This document shows positions 60,661 through 64,000 of a DNA stretch of 64,000 nt, in pieces. This DNA comes from Cetorhinus maximus (lineage: Eukaryota): positions 6,200,001-6,264,000 of the forward strand of contig NC_135894.1 of assembly GCF_964194155.1 (NCBI RefSeq), written 5' to 3'. The stretch's first letter is position 1; each line of letters begins with the position of its first letter. A model generated the notes under the pieces. That model made no database searches. It worked only from the letters and a program-made list of their open reading frames with translations, and was not told the DNA's origin. The translations under genes were made by a program, and so were the position numbers.

Positions 60661-62800
60661 GGAGGAGTGTCTCTGTTGATTACCGACGATGATAACAAGA
60701 CACAGAGGGAAATCAGTATTTGGAACGCGTTTGGGAAGAAGTGAAAATGATAAGGTGAAGAAATCCCTTTTGGAAGTGGTGTTCAGAATCTGGGCAGTAA
60801 TGGGTAGGGCAAAGTACTAAACGTCAAATAACGAGTTCATATCTGAAAGGCCGAGCGTAATTCATGGAGGATACTCATCTACATAAACTGTAACGATCTG
60901 ATCAACAAATGGGGCGCAGCTGAAGGACTCATAGAATGGTTTCCGGATAGCAGCATTGGATGTTCGGGATCCAACTATAGTGCAGCCCTCAACCTGGTAT
61001 TTTGTAATAAGACAGTATTAATTAAATAGTTCATTATGAAGGCGCCCTAGGTAGACTTGATCAAAACATTACTGAATTTAACACTCAGTTTGATGGAATA
61101 AATGGTGTAGCAAACTAGCATTTTAAACGTAGGTAAGCACAATGATGAGGGCATGAGTGCAGATGCAGCTAAAGCGAACTGTTAAATGAGGTTAATGAAT
61201 AGGTCAATAGAAATGCAGCAACATACAGTTAAAGGGATATTTCAGAATACACAGAATACCTACTTTCCGACTAGAAAGGAAAAAAGAAAAAAATCAAGCC
61301 GTGGGTCCACCAAACGTGGCTAACTCATAAAAAAAAAATAAAGACAATATCAACCTTAACGGTATGAAAAACTAAAGCACTTAACGGTGCAAATGCTGGT
61401 GGGATGTCCGGAGATTGGAGAGATTGTACAGAATATGAAGGAATGCCAAAACAGATGAATAAGGGTGGAAACATTAAAGTATGGTGGTAACCAAGGTGGA
61501 GACATACAGAGCGTGGTAAGAAATTCTATAGATTTCCAATAAGAAAATAATTAACTAAGTAAGCGTTGGTACTAAGAAAAGGATGCCTAGGAAATTATGA
61601 ATTGAAAATAACGGAGCCGGCAAAGTAACTGAACAAGTGATTTGTATTCCTCATCACTACAGATGATGCACGCAACATTCCAGAAATACCTGTAAATCAG
61701 GGAGCAGAATGGCAGAGTTGTGGTTCTGAGCAAATGTTGGGGGCTGCGTCCTGACAAGCGCCAGGTCCAGATGAACTTAATCTCCTGCGGCCCTACAATA
61801 AGTGGCGAGGGAGATAATTTATGCGTTGGTTTTATTTAGTTCAATATGCCAATGATAATGTAACTTTCCATTCGATTTGAAAATAGGGATTGGAACTCGT
61901 TAATTACATAGGGTGCGGGGGGCGTGATTTATGGAGAGGGGAAGGCAGTGCAGGAACCAGGGAAATAAAGGACAGTTAGATTAACAAGAGGAAATATGTT
62001 ATGACAGCGCACTTAACAAATAAACAATGCAAACAGACGGATTCATCATAGTTAAGTAGATCGGAAATCCTCTTTAACAAAAATCAGTGGATTATTTTCA
62101 AGACATGTGCTGCGTATAAAGGTGCACGGTGGATGCACCGTACTTTAGTACAACAATTAGTTATGAAAGCTAACAGAATGTTATCGGTTATTACTGTGAG
62201 AATTTAATATTAATGTAAGTATGCTCCATTTGTGCAGGGAGCTGGTGAGGCCACAACTACAGTATTCTGTACACTATTGGCCTCCTTATTTTTGGAAGGA
62301 TCTACATGTGCTGGAAGCAGTTAACAAACGGCTAAATAGGTTAATGCCAGGAATGAGCAGGTTGCCTTCTGTGGCAACATTTGTCAGACTTGGCACAGCC
62401 ACTGGAGCTTAATGCGTAATAGGTGGTTTGATTGAAATATTTAAGATCCAGAACAGTGTTGACTGGATGGATGTGGAGGTGATCATTCCTCTTGTTGGAG
62501 TATCTAGAACTAGGGGCCACAGTTTAAATTAAAGGGAACACTCGGTAAAGATAGAGATGAAGAAAACGTTTTATCTTCTCTGAGGGCAAGTGAGACCTTT
62601 ACTCCCCTTCCTCAAAAGAGAGTGGAAGTAGTGTATTTTCGACATTTGTTAATGCTGAGTTAGATAAATGTTTGCTGAAGTTGGGGGTGAACTGTTAACG
62701 GCAGTAAGCACGAGGTTAATTCAGATCAGCAGTGACCTTACTGAATGTCGGAGAAGGATCGAGGGGCAGAGTGGCCAACTCCTGCTACATTTCAGTTAAT
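60660..62800 (+). mobile_element. old CR1-type LINE ORF2 remnant (endonuclease to 3' tail, internally deleted)
   Basis: GGVSLL, DPTIVQPSTW/LVFCN and LGRLDQN endonuclease-like remnants, plus LCRELVRPQLQYSVHYWPPYFWKD..LEAV. Confidence 0.7.
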
Positions 62801-64000
62801 TTTTATTCTAATTGTTCGTACGCATGCTCGTTTGTTATTGTTAATTAACGAAGGAATGGAATAACGGTACAGTTTCAGATCCAGTAAGTAAATAGTCAGA
62901 ATCAACTTCCACTTGAGGGGTACCACAAGGAACAATGTCGATCAATCCATTTACCTTTATACCATTATCACCAAACATTTTTAACAAACGTAAAACTTCC
63001 TCAGGTTGCATGTTAAAATGTCTTAAGCAAAGAAAATTTCTGCGGAGTAGAAATATCAGTATACTAAAATAACGATTTCAGAAAAAAAACCTCCTTCTTT
63101 CTTTCAGCTTGCACAAATCTAAACGGACAGAAACTCCCATTGATTCATGATCGCTGGTGTAAGGTATTAAAATCTGATTAGTGCTAGCCCTCATTGCAAC
63201 TCTGCACTGATATATACTCCCAGTAAGGCATGGCAACTGGGGTCAGGTGCACAAGTCTGTTTCGTGACAAACACTCAGTAAATTTGACAGTGGCAAATAA
63301 TTACTACATACATATGCACAACGTACTCTATCACTGATTGTAAGATTCCAGGGCAGTGCACGAAATTTGATTATATTATAATATAGTCCTGCTTGAAGTT
63401 ATAAAGCTTCCGTGTGTTGATCAGTCAAGGAGTGGCCCATCATTTTACTGATGCTGCCGATTTCTGTCTGTTCTCAGTCTCTTTGCAAGACGTCAACTGT
63501 TGAAAACTATTTCACTTTGTAGTTTTCGGCCACTTGATGAGTCATGCTATGGGCCATGCGGAATTTTTTGGCTTGATCTTGAAAGAGCTGGAAATTTTGG
63601 GTCTATCAGGGACCATGTAGAGAAATATAAACATTGTACCAGGTGCTGCCGTAGACTTAGTTTATGGAGTGAATTCTACGTATGCAGGTCGGCGCTATCA
63701 AATACACATGACCAATGTACATCCCAGTGAGCAAATGAGAAGGAGGAATTTAAAGTTTACAGTACACGGGGCTAGTATTCTACAATACTCACCAGTGAAG
63801 GGAACCATTCCTGTATCAACTGCGAGTCGAAATATTCAATGTTCATCATTGTTGTATAAAGGTGAACATATCACTATTGTATTCACAAAAACATGCAGAC
63901 AGTAGCATCTTTATGTTAGACTTGAACCGCACAATATCCATAGGCAAAGATGCGCATATTTTCTATTGCTGCCTCTAGCAGTTGTGCCGTTTATCGCCAG

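Noticed and set aside
63477-63680. Exon-like segment with acceptor and donor-like ends
   Set aside because: No frame gives a recognisable protein, and the most protein-like frame has stops.

Overview
Eukaryotic (vertebrate) genomic DNA. The repeat content and GPCR family suggest a cartilaginous fish such as a shark, which is an inference. I found no uninterrupted protein-coding gene. The window is a mosaic of short direct and inverted segmental duplications. It carries about 14 tRNA genes and pseudogenes (Lys, Ile, Asp, Thr, Gly, Ser) and four copies or fragments of a GPR139/GPR142-like class A GPCR, one of which is broken by a single 2-bp deletion. It also holds a processed histone H3.3 retrocopy with a 10-bp target-site duplication (TSD), a decayed two-exon BEN-domain sequence, a Gmr1-type Gypsy element with integrase ahead of RT, CR1/L2 LINE and SINE fragments, and two minisatellites. 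The most notable signal is a set of short Penelope-like insertions containing minimal hammerhead-ribozyme motifs. Three share a non-canonical CUGCCGA core with covarying stem II, and two others sit precisely at tRNA gene boundaries. All calls come from reading the sequence by eye with no database search, so repeat boundaries are approximate.
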